Source: Synechococcus sp. (lineage in GTDB: Bacteria; Cyanobacteriota; Cyanobacteriia; Thermostichales; PCC-7336). Taken from it: a stretch of DNA of 64,000 bases. The stretch lies in the NCBI GenBank assembly GCA_051439605.1, contig JBFRWN010000124.1, positions 64,001-128,000 on the forward strand. The letters are read 5' to 3'. Positions 55,254-64,000 of this stretch are shown one piece after another. The position numbers and the translations under genes are program-made. Numbering within the stretch: the stretch's first letter is position 1; each line of letters starts with the position of its first letter. A model generated the notes under the pieces. The model was not told the origin of the DNA, made no database searches, and was given only the letters and a program-made list of their open reading frames with translations.

Positions 55254-55993
55254 CAATCCAGGCTCTGTTTCAATCAATGTGTTGATGAAGACTTACTAAG
55301 CTTCTTGGTGATTCTAGGAAATATCTCTGATAATTGTAGTATGGCTGATCGAGCGAGTGAATTTTTCGAACTTGATTGCAAGAGTTTCGAAAAGGTTCGT
55401 CATAGCGAGGATTTTGCTGTTTATCCCACGAATTGCTCCCAAAGGAGAATGACGTTAGGGAAGTAAGTGGCGGATCAATTGTTTGTTTTCGTCTGGCCTT
55501 TTTTTGTGGTGCAAGGTTTTTGTCTTTTTCCTTGCTTTACGATCGCTTATAGAGTGCGAAACCACTCGATAGAACAGCTTGAGCCGATCGACACGATACA
55601 TTCCTTATAGATGAAGTAACGCCCTTGAGGGGTTGCAATCTTTGGACTTCAATCTAGGGGAGCGGAATTCCTGCTCCCTTGCTCGCTTGGAGTAGGATAA
55701 GCAAAAAGCATAATTTTGTGAAAAGGCTACTACAATTATTCCTATCCGAGGTAGAAGAAAACAGCATTTGGGTTGGTATGGAAAAGGCATGGGACCTCAA
55801 TAGCCAATCTCAGGAGCGCCAGAAAGTGAGGCCGACATGAATCGGACAGCCTGGAGGTAGCGCAAACGTTTTATGGATTGCTGATATCGATTCGTTGATA
55901 ATCTCTACAATAGAGTCTGTTTATCAAAACATTTCACGGCAGCAGTTTCAACCTCCTTGCAATCAACTACAAGTATAAAGTAGAGGTAGAAAT

Positions 55994-56338
55994 ATGACTG
56001 CAAATATCACTGATACAAAAAAAATAACAAAAGAACAGGCCATAATAGCTGTACTAGAGGCCGAGAAAAAATCAAGATATGCCATTGAAAAATGCAAATC
56101 TGAAGAAGATAAAATAATGCAAGAAGCACGCCAGAAGTCCCAGAAAATTATAGAGCGTGCCGAGCAACGTATGGCGCAAATTCATCGGATTTGCAATCAA
56201 TTAAGCACCAATGAAGTGAATCGAACTGAGCAAGAAGCTGAGGAACATGCTAAGCAACTACTTTCATGTGAAATAGATTTTAAGATAGCAACAGTCGTGG
56301 TTGAAAAAGTTGCAGAGATGTTGACTGAAGAACTCTAG
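55994..56338 (+). CDS. V/A-type ATPase peripheral stalk subunit G/H-like
   Basis: VLEAE...EARQK...I.ERAE coiled coil; first gene of the V/A-ATPase operon. Confidence 0.7.
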   Translation: MTANITDTKKITKEQAIIAVLEAEKKSRYAIEKCKSEEDKIMQEARQKSQKIIERAEQRMAQIHRICNQLSTNEVNRTEQEAEEHAKQLLSCEIDFKIATVVVEKVAEMLTEEL

Positions 56339-56371
56339 GTCTAAGGTATATAAAAGCTTTTGGTCGTACTC

Positions 56372-57133
56372 ATGTTGAAAGACTTTATCTATATTCAAAC
56401 TCGACTTCAAGCTCGGCATGGTATGCGCCCCGACAACCAAGAATGGCAGATTCTGGAAAGTCAAAAAGATCTAGCGGCTTTTTTGCACAGTGCACGCCAT
56501 ACTCGTCTGAAGCCCTGGGTACTCAGTCTGCATGCAAGCGACAATCACCACGTACTAGAAACAACACTACGCCAACTTTACTGCAATTATGTGGATGAAG
56601 TCGAACACTGGATGCCCTCGGTATGGCAAGCATCAGTGCGGTGGGTAAAGTACCTACATTATTTGCCTTCGCTTCAATATCTATTGTCTGGCAATATAGT
56701 CTATGCCTGGATGTTGGAAGATCCACAACTTAAAGAGTTGACTGGAACTAATGTAGAAACACGTATCCAAATTCTGCGCCAGTCTGCATATGCTCCACTC
56801 ATCGATCCTTGGCAGTCAGGAAAACCGCTGTTAACAGCTTGGACCGAACATTGGCGATCGTTATGGCCCGATCAAAACAACAATAGATCTATAAATAAAT
56901 TGATTTCATCAATCGATGGGCATCTTTTTAAATTTGGGCAGATCTCATCTCATCCGGGGAGAAAAAGCCGCGAGATATTTACTGCCAAACTATCTATCCT
57001 ATTTCGCCAGTTCAGTTATCAGCCGGTTGCTGTTTTCATCCATCTAGCACTTATTGCTTTAGATGTTGAAAGGTTGCGCAGTAATATTCTGCAGCGTTGT
57101 TTATTCGATCGTTCTAAGGTTGTGCTGCTATGA
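56372..57133 (+). CDS. ntpC: V/A-type ATPase subunit C-like
   Basis: Y.Q.RLQARHG...W..L; overlaps subunit I start; operon position. Confidence 0.65.
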   Translation: MLKDFIYIQTRLQARHGMRPDNQEWQILESQKDLAAFLHSARHTRLKPWVLSLHASDNHHVLETTLRQLYCNYVDEVEHWMPSVWQASVRWVKYLHYLPSLQYLLSGNIVYAWMLEDPQLKELTGTNVETRIQILRQSAYAPLIDPWQSGKPLLTAWTEHWRSLWPDQNNNRSINKLISSIDGHLFKFGQISSHPGRKSREIFTAKLSILFRQFSYQPVAVFIHLALIALDVERLRSNILQRCLFDRSKVVLL

Positions 57134-58950
57134 CATTCAGGCCTGTTCCAGCCCGCTGGTTTGAAGTAATCGCGACTCAAGAGGATTTACTCAGCGCGTT
57201 AGACATCCTGCGAAAAACTGGAGATATCGAATTGGAAATTCATAGTGAAATGCCTCGTCCCACTACAATTACTAATCTACAAAATCGTTTGGAAGGCTTT
57301 AATCAGCTTGCACGTCAATATCGAGCCTATTGGCCCAAACCTAATCCTCACGCTACGAAAGTAGTTGGTTTACCTGGCGAATGCTTAGATAGCGCCTTAG
57401 AGAAATTCAGCCTCTGGAGGCAGGCAGCCGATTCGCTAGTTGAACTCATTGAGGAGTTAGCGAGCGAACAGGATGACTTGTTATGCCTGTCGGAGTTTTT
57501 ACAGAAACTGCAAGGTGAAGAATTAGATTTCGCCAACCTCGCACGTGCAGGGCCTATCCTTTGCGCACGCTTATTTGTATTTCCATTTACAACTCAGATC
57601 GAACATTTGCCTACTTCAGCACTATCTATTCAAGTTCCGACAGACGAACGTATCTTTTTGTTAATAGTTGGGGAAGTTGAAACAGTTGATGGCTGGCAAC
57701 GGGATTTATTATTGCAGAAAGGTCGCGCTATTACATTGCCTAACTGGCTCAATGGTAAACGGACAAATGTTGTTGCCCAGGTAGAACAACGGAAAATCCA
57801 GATTCGCGAGAAATTGACGTTGCTTAATGCACAGCTGGATACCATTGCTACAAAACATCATTTGCCAGGAGTGTTGAGCGAGATACGGCAGATTGAGTGG
57901 TTTATTACTCATGCGAGTAATTTACCTGTTTCAGACAATTTTGCCTGGATCACGGGTTGGACCAGCGATATTTCTAGCGATCGACTCAATGAGGCCTTGG
58001 AAGCTGCATCTGTTCGTGCTGTGGTTCATTATCCACCGCCGCCAGTAGAGGCCAAGCCACCCATGGTGTTACAAAATCCCTGGTGGTCAAAACCCTTTGA
58101 GCTATTTGCCAAACTGTTGGGTATACCCTCCACCAACGAAATCGATCCTTCCATGTTTCTCGCATTGATTGTGCCATTGCTATTTGGCTACATGTTTGGG
58201 GACGTTGGCCAAGGTTTTATCCTGATGGTTGCTGGTATTACTATGCAGCGCCACTTTCCAATGCTCAAACTTTTAATAGGATGTGGCTTATCGGCTATGG
58301 TGTTTGGCCTGGTATTCGGGAGCGTGTTCGCTAGTGAAACAATTATTAACCCTTTATGGGTCAATCCTATCAACTCTCCCTTGTCTGTATTGTTCGTTCC
58401 TTTAGGAGGTGGTGTAATCCTGCTGCTATTGGGGCTTGCCTTTAGTGGCGTGCAGGCTTACTGGCAAGGTGAACTGAAAAACTGGTTGCTCAAAGAGGCT
58501 GCTACGATCGCAATATACATCGGGATTGTCGGAAGCGTTTTTCATCTGATTATCAGCATACTGATATTAATTGGGGGGATTTGGTATGTTGCAGGCAGCT
58601 TGTGGTTGACTGACAATCCTTCTCCCAAAGCTCTGTTACCTGTGCTAGGTCAGCTCCTGGAAAGTGGACTGCAATTAATTATTAACACGATTTCTTTTAT
58701 TCGGGTCGGTGCATTTGCCTTAGCCCACGCAGGACTTTCATTGGCATTCATTATCATGGCTGACGCAACTGGCAATGTCCTTCTAGCTGGAATCATTATA
58801 CTGATTGGAAATATTGTCATTATTCTTTTAGAAGGTCTGGTAGTCTCGATTCAAACCACCAGATTGATACTGTTTGAATTTTTCATTCGGTTTATGCGAG
58901 GCACCGGTCGCATGTTTCATCCGTTAGCCATATCTTCAGAATCATCATGA
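57130..58950 (+). CDS. ntpI: V/A-type ATPase subunit I (a)
   Basis: ITGW, P..L.NP.W.KPFE, EIDPS, FGYMFGDVGQG, NTISFIRVGAFALAH, IQTTRL..FEFF. Confidence 0.95.
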   Translation: MTFRPVPARWFEVIATQEDLLSALDILRKTGDIELEIHSEMPRPTTITNLQNRLEGFNQLARQYRAYWPKPNPHATKVVGLPGECLDSALEKFSLWRQAADSLVELIEELASEQDDLLCLSEFLQKLQGEELDFANLARAGPILCARLFVFPFTTQIEHLPTSALSIQVPTDERIFLLIVGEVETVDGWQRDLLLQKGRAITLPNWLNGKRTNVVAQVEQRKIQIREKLTLLNAQLDTIATKHHLPGVLSEIRQIEWFITHASNLPVSDNFAWITGWTSDISSDRLNEALEAASVRAVVHYPPPPVEAKPPMVLQNPWWSKPFELFAKLLGIPSTNEIDPSMFLALIVPLLFGYMFGDVGQGFILMVAGITMQRHFPMLKLLIGCGLSAMVFGLVFGSVFASETIINPLWVNPINSPLSVLFVPLGGGVILLLLGLAFSGVQAYWQGELKNWLLKEAATIAIYIGIVGSVFHLIISILILIGGIWYVAGSLWLTDNPSPKALLPVLGQLLESGLQLIINTISFIRVGAFALAHAGLSLAFIIMADATGNVLLAGIIILIGNIVIILLEGLVVSIQTTRLILFEFFIRFMRGTGRMFHPLAISSESS

Positions 58951-58966
58951 AAATGATAAGGAGGAA

Positions 58967-59323
58967 ATGGTCATGATTTCGCACAATAAACATCTATTTA
59001 TTTTGCTCAAGATTACCCTCTCGATCGCTATAGTGGGTGCCACACTTTTTTGGCTAGAGCCAACAATGGCAGCGACTGTTACTACAGATAGTTTAATATC
59101 ACCCGAAATTGTCCAAGCAAGTTATTTCTCTGCTGCATTAGCAACAGGTCTTTCTTCACTTGGTGCAGGCATTGCTGTAGCTTCAGTAGGGAGCGCTGCT
59201 ATAGGGGCATTAGCAGAAAAACCAGAGTTGTTAGGCCGCGTATTAATCATGGTTGGCCTTGCAGAAGGCATTGCAATCTACGGGCTGATCGTATCTATCC
59301 TAATTTTGAATGAAGTTATTTAG
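58967..59323 (+). CDS. ntpK: V/A-type ATPase proteolipid subunit K (c)
   Basis: GAGIAV..VG.AAIGA.AEKPE...GLAEGIAIYGL. Confidence 0.93.
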   Translation: MVMISHNKHLFILLKITLSIAIVGATLFWLEPTMAATVTTDSLISPEIVQASYFSAALATGLSSLGAGIAVASVGSAAIGALAEKPELLGRVLIMVGLAEGIAIYGLIVSILILNEVI

Positions 59324-59324
59324 A

Positions 59325-59621
59325 ATGAGTGCACCGATTTTTATTGGCGATGAAATTAGCGCTGCAGGTTTTCGGCTAGCAGGCGTAGAGACTCGAACAC
59401 CAAACCCTGATGAACTTCCAAATCTAATCAAGTGGGCTTGTGTTAATACATCTCTGTTATTAATTACTGCGGAATATGCAGCTATGTTGTCCGCAGCAGA
59501 AAGACAACGTTTGCTGTGCCAGGAAATGCCTTTGGTCGTGACGATTTCAGATATTTGCGCTAAGACTCCCTTACCGGATTTAGTGACTGAATTACGATCG
59601 CAACTAGGAGTCTTAGCATGA
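59325..59621 (+). CDS. V/A-type ATPase subunit F
   Basis: IFIGDE.SAAGFRLAGV...LITAE...QLGV. Confidence 0.9.
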   Translation: MSAPIFIGDEISAAGFRLAGVETRTPNPDELPNLIKWACVNTSLLLITAEYAAMLSAAERQRLLCQEMPLVVTISDICAKTPLPDLVTELRSQLGVLA

Positions 59622-60259
59622 ACGCATCATCCAGCATCGTTCACACACAAGTCGAGCGTTTACTCGATGTCGTGCAGAGATATCAACAACAGCAATGCGA
59701 CAAGATCGTCACTCGGGCTACAGCGGAAGCCGAGCAGATGATTCATCAGACTTATCGAGATGTCCGTCTTCGTTTACACCAGGAAATTCTAGACAGTCGC
59801 GATCGCCTGCAGGGGAAGATTTCAGCATCCAAGGCGAAAAGCCATACCCTCCGAAAAAAATACCAACACGAAGCAGACCGCCGCTATTTGGATCGGGCTT
59901 GGGATTTGCTGAAGGTTAAACTGATCGAACGCTGGCAGAACAAAGAATATCGGCAGCGATGGGTGCAAAAACATTTAGTAGAAGCATTGAGGCTTTTAAT
60001 TGGCCCAGAGTGGTTAGTTGAACATCCGCATAGTTGGACTGTGGATGAACAGCAGCATTTTATTCACCAGGTCAGGGATAAATGTGAGGTTGTTGTTAAT
60101 TTTTCTGCATCGCCAGATATTGTTGCCGGTGTTCGCATTTGCGCCAATGGAGCAACGATCGATGGCACTTTGCAAGGACTGTTGGCGGATCGGTCGCGAA
60201 TTGAGTCTGAATTATTAGCGCAATATCATCAGTATATTTTGTGTGGCAGTGGGTCATAA
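59618..60259 (+). CDS. ntpE: V/A-type ATPase subunit E
   Basis: N-terminal coiled coil, C-terminal I.AGVRI...IDGTL..LL; position before subunit A. Confidence 0.8.
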   Translation: MNASSSIVHTQVERLLDVVQRYQQQQCDKIVTRATAEAEQMIHQTYRDVRLRLHQEILDSRDRLQGKISASKAKSHTLRKKYQHEADRRYLDRAWDLLKVKLIERWQNKEYRQRWVQKHLVEALRLLIGPEWLVEHPHSWTVDEQQHFIHQVRDKCEVVVNFSASPDIVAGVRICANGATIDGTLQGLLADRSRIESELLAQYHQYILCGSGS

Positions 60260-60302
60260 CAAATCCATCTAATTTGTCAAAGCGGGAAGCGAGGCAGTTG
60301 TT

Positions 60303-62060
60303 ATGAGTACAGCAAGCATTACCTGGATCGGCGGACCAGTTTTGCATGCACAGACAGCAGATATTTTTCATATCAATGAAGCTGTGGTGGTAGGTGCACA
60401 AAAACTGTTGGGCGAAGTCATTCAAATTAAAAGCCAGGAAATCGTCGTTCAAGTGTACGAAGATACCAGCGGTTTACGGCCAGGTGATGTGGTAATTGGC
60501 TACGGTAAGCCCCTTTCCGTAAAACTTGGGCCGGCATTACTGGGAAACATCTTTGATGGTTTGCTAAGGCCCTTAGTGTCGGTAGGCGGCACATTTATCC
60601 AGCCTGGCACGATCGAGCCTGTTCCGAAATCTTTTCATTTTACGCCCAAGGTTAAAACGGATGAATTATTAGCTAGTGGAAGCATCATGGGCACCGTTCG
60701 ATCGGAATCGGGACAACTGCAGCATTGCCCGATCCCGCCAAATGTCAGTGGAATTGTCACCGACGTTGTTGAGCCGGGCGAATATAGCGATGAACAAACG
60801 GTTTGCGTAATAGAAGATAGCCAGAAGAACCGACACGAAATTGCCATGAGCCATTGGTGGCCCGTGCGTCAACCCCGACCCTTTGCCGAACGATTACCCA
60901 CCCTCGGTCCACTGTTGACCGGTCAACGCATCCTAGATTCTATTTTCCCGCTGGCAAGTGGCGGACGTGCGGCGATCCCCGGTGGTTTTGGGACTGGCAA
61001 AACAATACTATTAGAGACTCTCGCCAAATGGTGCGATTCTGACGTCATCTTATATGTTGGTTGCGGAGAACGTGGCAACGAGATGGCCAGTGTGTTGCAC
61101 GAACTGCCCCAATTAGAAGACCCCCGTACTGGCCGACCTTTAATGGAACGTACAGTTATTATTGCCAATACCTCCAATATGCCGGTAGCTGCAAGGGAAG
61201 CGAGTATTTACACCGCGGTGACAGTTGCTGAATATTTTCGAGATCGAGGATTGCGGGTTGCGCTCATGGCAGATTCCACCACCCGCTGGGCAGAAGCGCT
61301 ACGAGAAGTGTCCGGCAGGTTGGGTGAAATACCTAGCGAAGCAGGCTATCCAGCCTATCTAAGCAGTCGGTTAGCTGATTTTTACGAACGTGCTGCTTAC
61401 GTTCGCACAGCATCCGACCAGATTGGCTCGTTAAGTATTATTGGCGCGGTAAGTCCGCCCTCTGCTGATTTTTCTGAACCAGTGACCATCCACACCAAAC
61501 GTTACGTGCGGGTGTTTTGGGCGTTAGACCCCAATCGCGCTCAGGCGCGATTTTATCCGGCGATACACCCTTTGCAATCCTATTCAGGGGATCTGACCGA
61601 GCTCGTTTCATTCTGGAAAGAACACAATCATCCCCAATGGCTAGAACAACGCCGACGTTTCCTGACCTTTCTAGAAAAGCAAAGCCGCTTAGAACGAATA
61701 GCGCGGATTGTGGGTAAAGATGCTTTACCCACAAGGCAACAGCATATTTTGTTATGTGCTGACTTGATTAATGAAGCGTTTCTGCGTCAATCTGCATTTT
61801 CCCAAGTCGATCGGTATTGTTCTCCAGAACGTCAGGCAGCCATGATGAAATTAATTACGCGGTTTATCGATCTTTCACTGGAAGCGATCGAACAACAAGT
61901 AGACATCGAATCGATTACAAATCTGCCATTGTTGCGTCGCTTACGCCGAATGAACGAAGATCTGGGTGAGGACGACATGGAACAATTTAATGTCTTGCGG
62001 GCTGATATGGAAAATGCATTTGGCAAACTGATGAAACAGAGAACGAGCGATGCTAGCTGA
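60303..62060 (+). CDS. ntpA: V/A-type ATPase catalytic subunit A
   Basis: QVYEDTSGL, WPVR.PRP, PGGFGTGKT, GCGERGNEM, NTSNMPVAAREAS, GYPAYL.SRL..FYERA. Confidence 0.98.
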   Translation: MSTASITWIGGPVLHAQTADIFHINEAVVVGAQKLLGEVIQIKSQEIVVQVYEDTSGLRPGDVVIGYGKPLSVKLGPALLGNIFDGLLRPLVSVGGTFIQPGTIEPVPKSFHFTPKVKTDELLASGSIMGTVRSESGQLQHCPIPPNVSGIVTDVVEPGEYSDEQTVCVIEDSQKNRHEIAMSHWWPVRQPRPFAERLPTLGPLLTGQRILDSIFPLASGGRAAIPGGFGTGKTILLETLAKWCDSDVILYVGCGERGNEMASVLHELPQLEDPRTGRPLMERTVIIANTSNMPVAAREASIYTAVTVAEYFRDRGLRVALMADSTTRWAEALREVSGRLGEIPSEAGYPAYLSSRLADFYERAAYVRTASDQIGSLSIIGAVSPPSADFSEPVTIHTKRYVRVFWALDPNRAQARFYPAIHPLQSYSGDLTELVSFWKEHNHPQWLEQRRRFLTFLEKQSRLERIARIVGKDALPTRQQHILLCADLINEAFLRQSAFSQVDRYCSPERQAAMMKLITRFIDLSLEAIEQQVDIESITNLPLLRRLRRMNEDLGEDDMEQFNVLRADMENAFGKLMKQRTSDAS

Positions 62061-63450
62061 TGTCAGTACACGGGGGACAGCCACCCGAATCGAAGGTCCA
62101 CTTCTATTTTTGAAACGCAACCTCAACGTGGGTTTGAATGAAGCCGTGGAGGTGCTAGATACGAAAGGTCATGCGCGTTTAGGCCGGATTGTAACGCTGG
62201 ATGAAGATCGGTTGATTATTGAAGTGCTGGAATCCACCAGTGGTTTGGCGTTATCCAATATCAAAGTCCGCTTTTTGGGTGAACCCTTACATTTTAATGT
62301 GGGGCCCGATCTGTTAGGTCGCATCCTCGATGGGGTCGGACGTCCGTTAGATAGTGGTCCACCCGTTTCATCGCTACAACGTTTGCGGATTGATGGTTTG
62401 CCGCTAAATCCTGCCGCACGATCGAATCCTACGGACTTTATTGAGACTGGCATCACGACGATCGATTTAATGAATAGTTTGGTGCGCGGACAAAAGTTAC
62501 CTATTTTTTCCGGTGGAGGCTTGCCTCACGAACGCATTGCCACGCACATCGCTCAGCAAGCTCGCTTGCGGGGTGAAGCTCGTGGAGAATTTGCGGTGGT
62601 ATTTGTTGCGATTGGCGTTTCGTACGATATAGCGGAACAGTTTCGCCGAGCTATGGAAGAAAGTGGTGCCTTGGAACATACGGTTTTATTTCTGAACCTG
62701 GCATCGGATTCCAGTACCCAACGTTTGCTTGCACCCCGTTATGCATTGACGGCGGCGGAGTATTTGGCATTTTACGAAGATAGACATGTTCTAGCGATCG
62801 TGACTGACATGACTAATTACTGTGAAGCATTAAGGGAAGTCTCCGCCAGTCATGGTGAAATACCTAGCCGCAAAGGATATCCAGGTTATATGTATTCCGA
62901 TCTAGCAAACCTCTTTGAACGCGCGGGATGTATCCAGGGGAAAAAAGGTACCTTGACTCAGTTGCCGATCTTAACAATGCCTGCTGATGACATTACCCAT
63001 CCCATTCCAGATTTGACCGGATATATTACTGAGGGACAAATAGTTTTGGATCGTGAACTCGATCGCCGGGGGATTTATCCACCTATAAAAGTTTTACCCA
63101 GTCTTTCCCGCCTAATGAAAGATGGGATCGGTAAGAACTACACCCATGTGGATCATCCAGCGTTAGCGAACCAATTATATGCAGCCTATGCGCGTTCGGT
63201 GCACGCGCGGGTTCTAGCCAGCGTCATGGGTCAAGAAAGTTTATCAAAAGTTGACCGTATCTTTTTGCAATTTGGCGATCGGTTTGAAAACCAATTGGTA
63301 AGACAGGATCGTCCACGTACCCTGGAGAACAGTATGGAAATAGGTTGGCATCTATTACAACAGTTACCCATCGGCGAATTAACCCGTTTAAGCGATCGGC
63401 AGATTCAGCAGCATATAACGAATGGAGTAGCACACCATGCTAGTCAATGA
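62050..63450 (+). CDS. ntpB: V/A-type ATPase subunit B
   Basis: RGQKLPIFSG.GLPH, TDMTNYCEALRE, GYPGYMYSDL, DDITHPIPDLTGYITEGQI, LPSLSRLM. Confidence 0.98.
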   Translation: MLADVSTRGTATRIEGPLLFLKRNLNVGLNEAVEVLDTKGHARLGRIVTLDEDRLIIEVLESTSGLALSNIKVRFLGEPLHFNVGPDLLGRILDGVGRPLDSGPPVSSLQRLRIDGLPLNPAARSNPTDFIETGITTIDLMNSLVRGQKLPIFSGGGLPHERIATHIAQQARLRGEARGEFAVVFVAIGVSYDIAEQFRRAMEESGALEHTVLFLNLASDSSTQRLLAPRYALTAAEYLAFYEDRHVLAIVTDMTNYCEALREVSASHGEIPSRKGYPGYMYSDLANLFERAGCIQGKKGTLTQLPILTMPADDITHPIPDLTGYITEGQIVLDRELDRRGIYPPIKVLPSLSRLMKDGIGKNYTHVDHPALANQLYAAYARSVHARVLASVMGQESLSKVDRIFLQFGDRFENQLVRQDRPRTLENSMEIGWHLLQQLPIGELTRLSDRQIQQHITNGVAHHASQ

Positions 63451-64000
63451 ACAGGCCCCGACGCGTTCGGCTATTCTGCAATTGCAAGAAGAGTTGAGTG
63501 TTGTTCATGAAGCCTACGATTTTCTAGACGAAAAACGTTTGTTACTGGCATCAGAAATATTACAGCAATTAAAACAATATGAGAAGCTGTTAGATGAATA
63601 TGAGAAATTGCGTCAAATTGCTGAGAAAAATTTAATAGCAACCGTGCGGCGACATGGTTTTCAGGGTACACAGGTTTATCCAGCTAAATCTTTAGAAAAT
63701 TCTGATATTTGCATGAACAATGTATTATTTATGGGTGTTAGTTTATTGAAAACTGAATTGCAAATTCCAGAAGATAATACACTTACCCATATTTGCTATC
63801 CCTCCTCAGAAGCAAAGCAATGTCGGCAAAATTTCTTAGAGCTCGTCAAGCTAGCAGGAATTATTGGTGGGATTTCTAGTAATTTACATCGTTTGTCAGC
63901 CGAGTATCAGCGCACAGAGCGACGTGCTAGAGCCCTTGAGAATGTCGTAATTCCTGAAATGACTCGAACACTTCGCGATATGTCCACACAGCTTGAGGAA
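63437..64000 (+). CDS. ntpD: V/A-type ATPase subunit D (3' truncated by window)
   Basis: Manual translation MLVNEQAPTRSAILQLQEEL...AYDFLDEKRLLL...TERRARALENVVIPE; open to window end. Confidence 0.93.
   Translation, partial: MLVNEQAPTRSAILQLQEELSVVHEAYDFLDEKRLLLASEILQQLKQYEKLLDEYEKLRQIAEKNLIATVRRHGFQGTQVYPAKSLENSDICMNNVLFMGVSLLKTELQIPEDNTLTHICYPSSEAKQCRQNFLELVKLAGIIGGISSNLHRLSAEYQRTERRARALENVVIPEMTRTLRDMSTQLEE

Noticed and set aside
55341..55466. 41-aa ORF and weak hairpins between the ferritin-like gene and the ATPase operon
   Set aside because: No RBS, no motif, within chance expectation

Overview
Cyanobacterial chromosome segment (abundant HIP1 GCGATCGC, cyanobacterial-type ndh/petJ/sigC/ccb1 genes) in three parts. 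(1) 1-10.3 kb: S10/spc ribosomal protein cluster from rplD to secY-adk-infA. It stops after infA, with no rpmJ-rpsM-rpsK-rpoA-rplQ. (2) 10.6-37.2 kb: mostly housekeeping genes (hemC, sigC, ccb1, amino-acid decarboxylase, rlmD, bioB, moaA, rnz, USP, FtsH), plus a GNAT pseudogene, an IS630 remnant and two domain-fusion proteins. (3) About 37.6-64 kb: an accessory region with AT-rich spacers that looks like a dark/low-oxygen energy island. It holds HPF-CSD, cytochrome c6, DHODH-like-pfkA, ahcY, USP, a Rieske protein, a MidA/NDUFAF7 methyltransferase, an unusual ndhH-ndhK-trxB operon with divergent quinone-site residues, two inverted paralogous small membrane proteins, a ferritin-like protein and a V/A-type ATPase operon that runs off the window end. 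Several of these genes share candidate promoter motifs. No rRNA, tRNA or CRISPR array was seen. Family assignments and comparisons to canonical sequences come from recalled motifs, not database searches.
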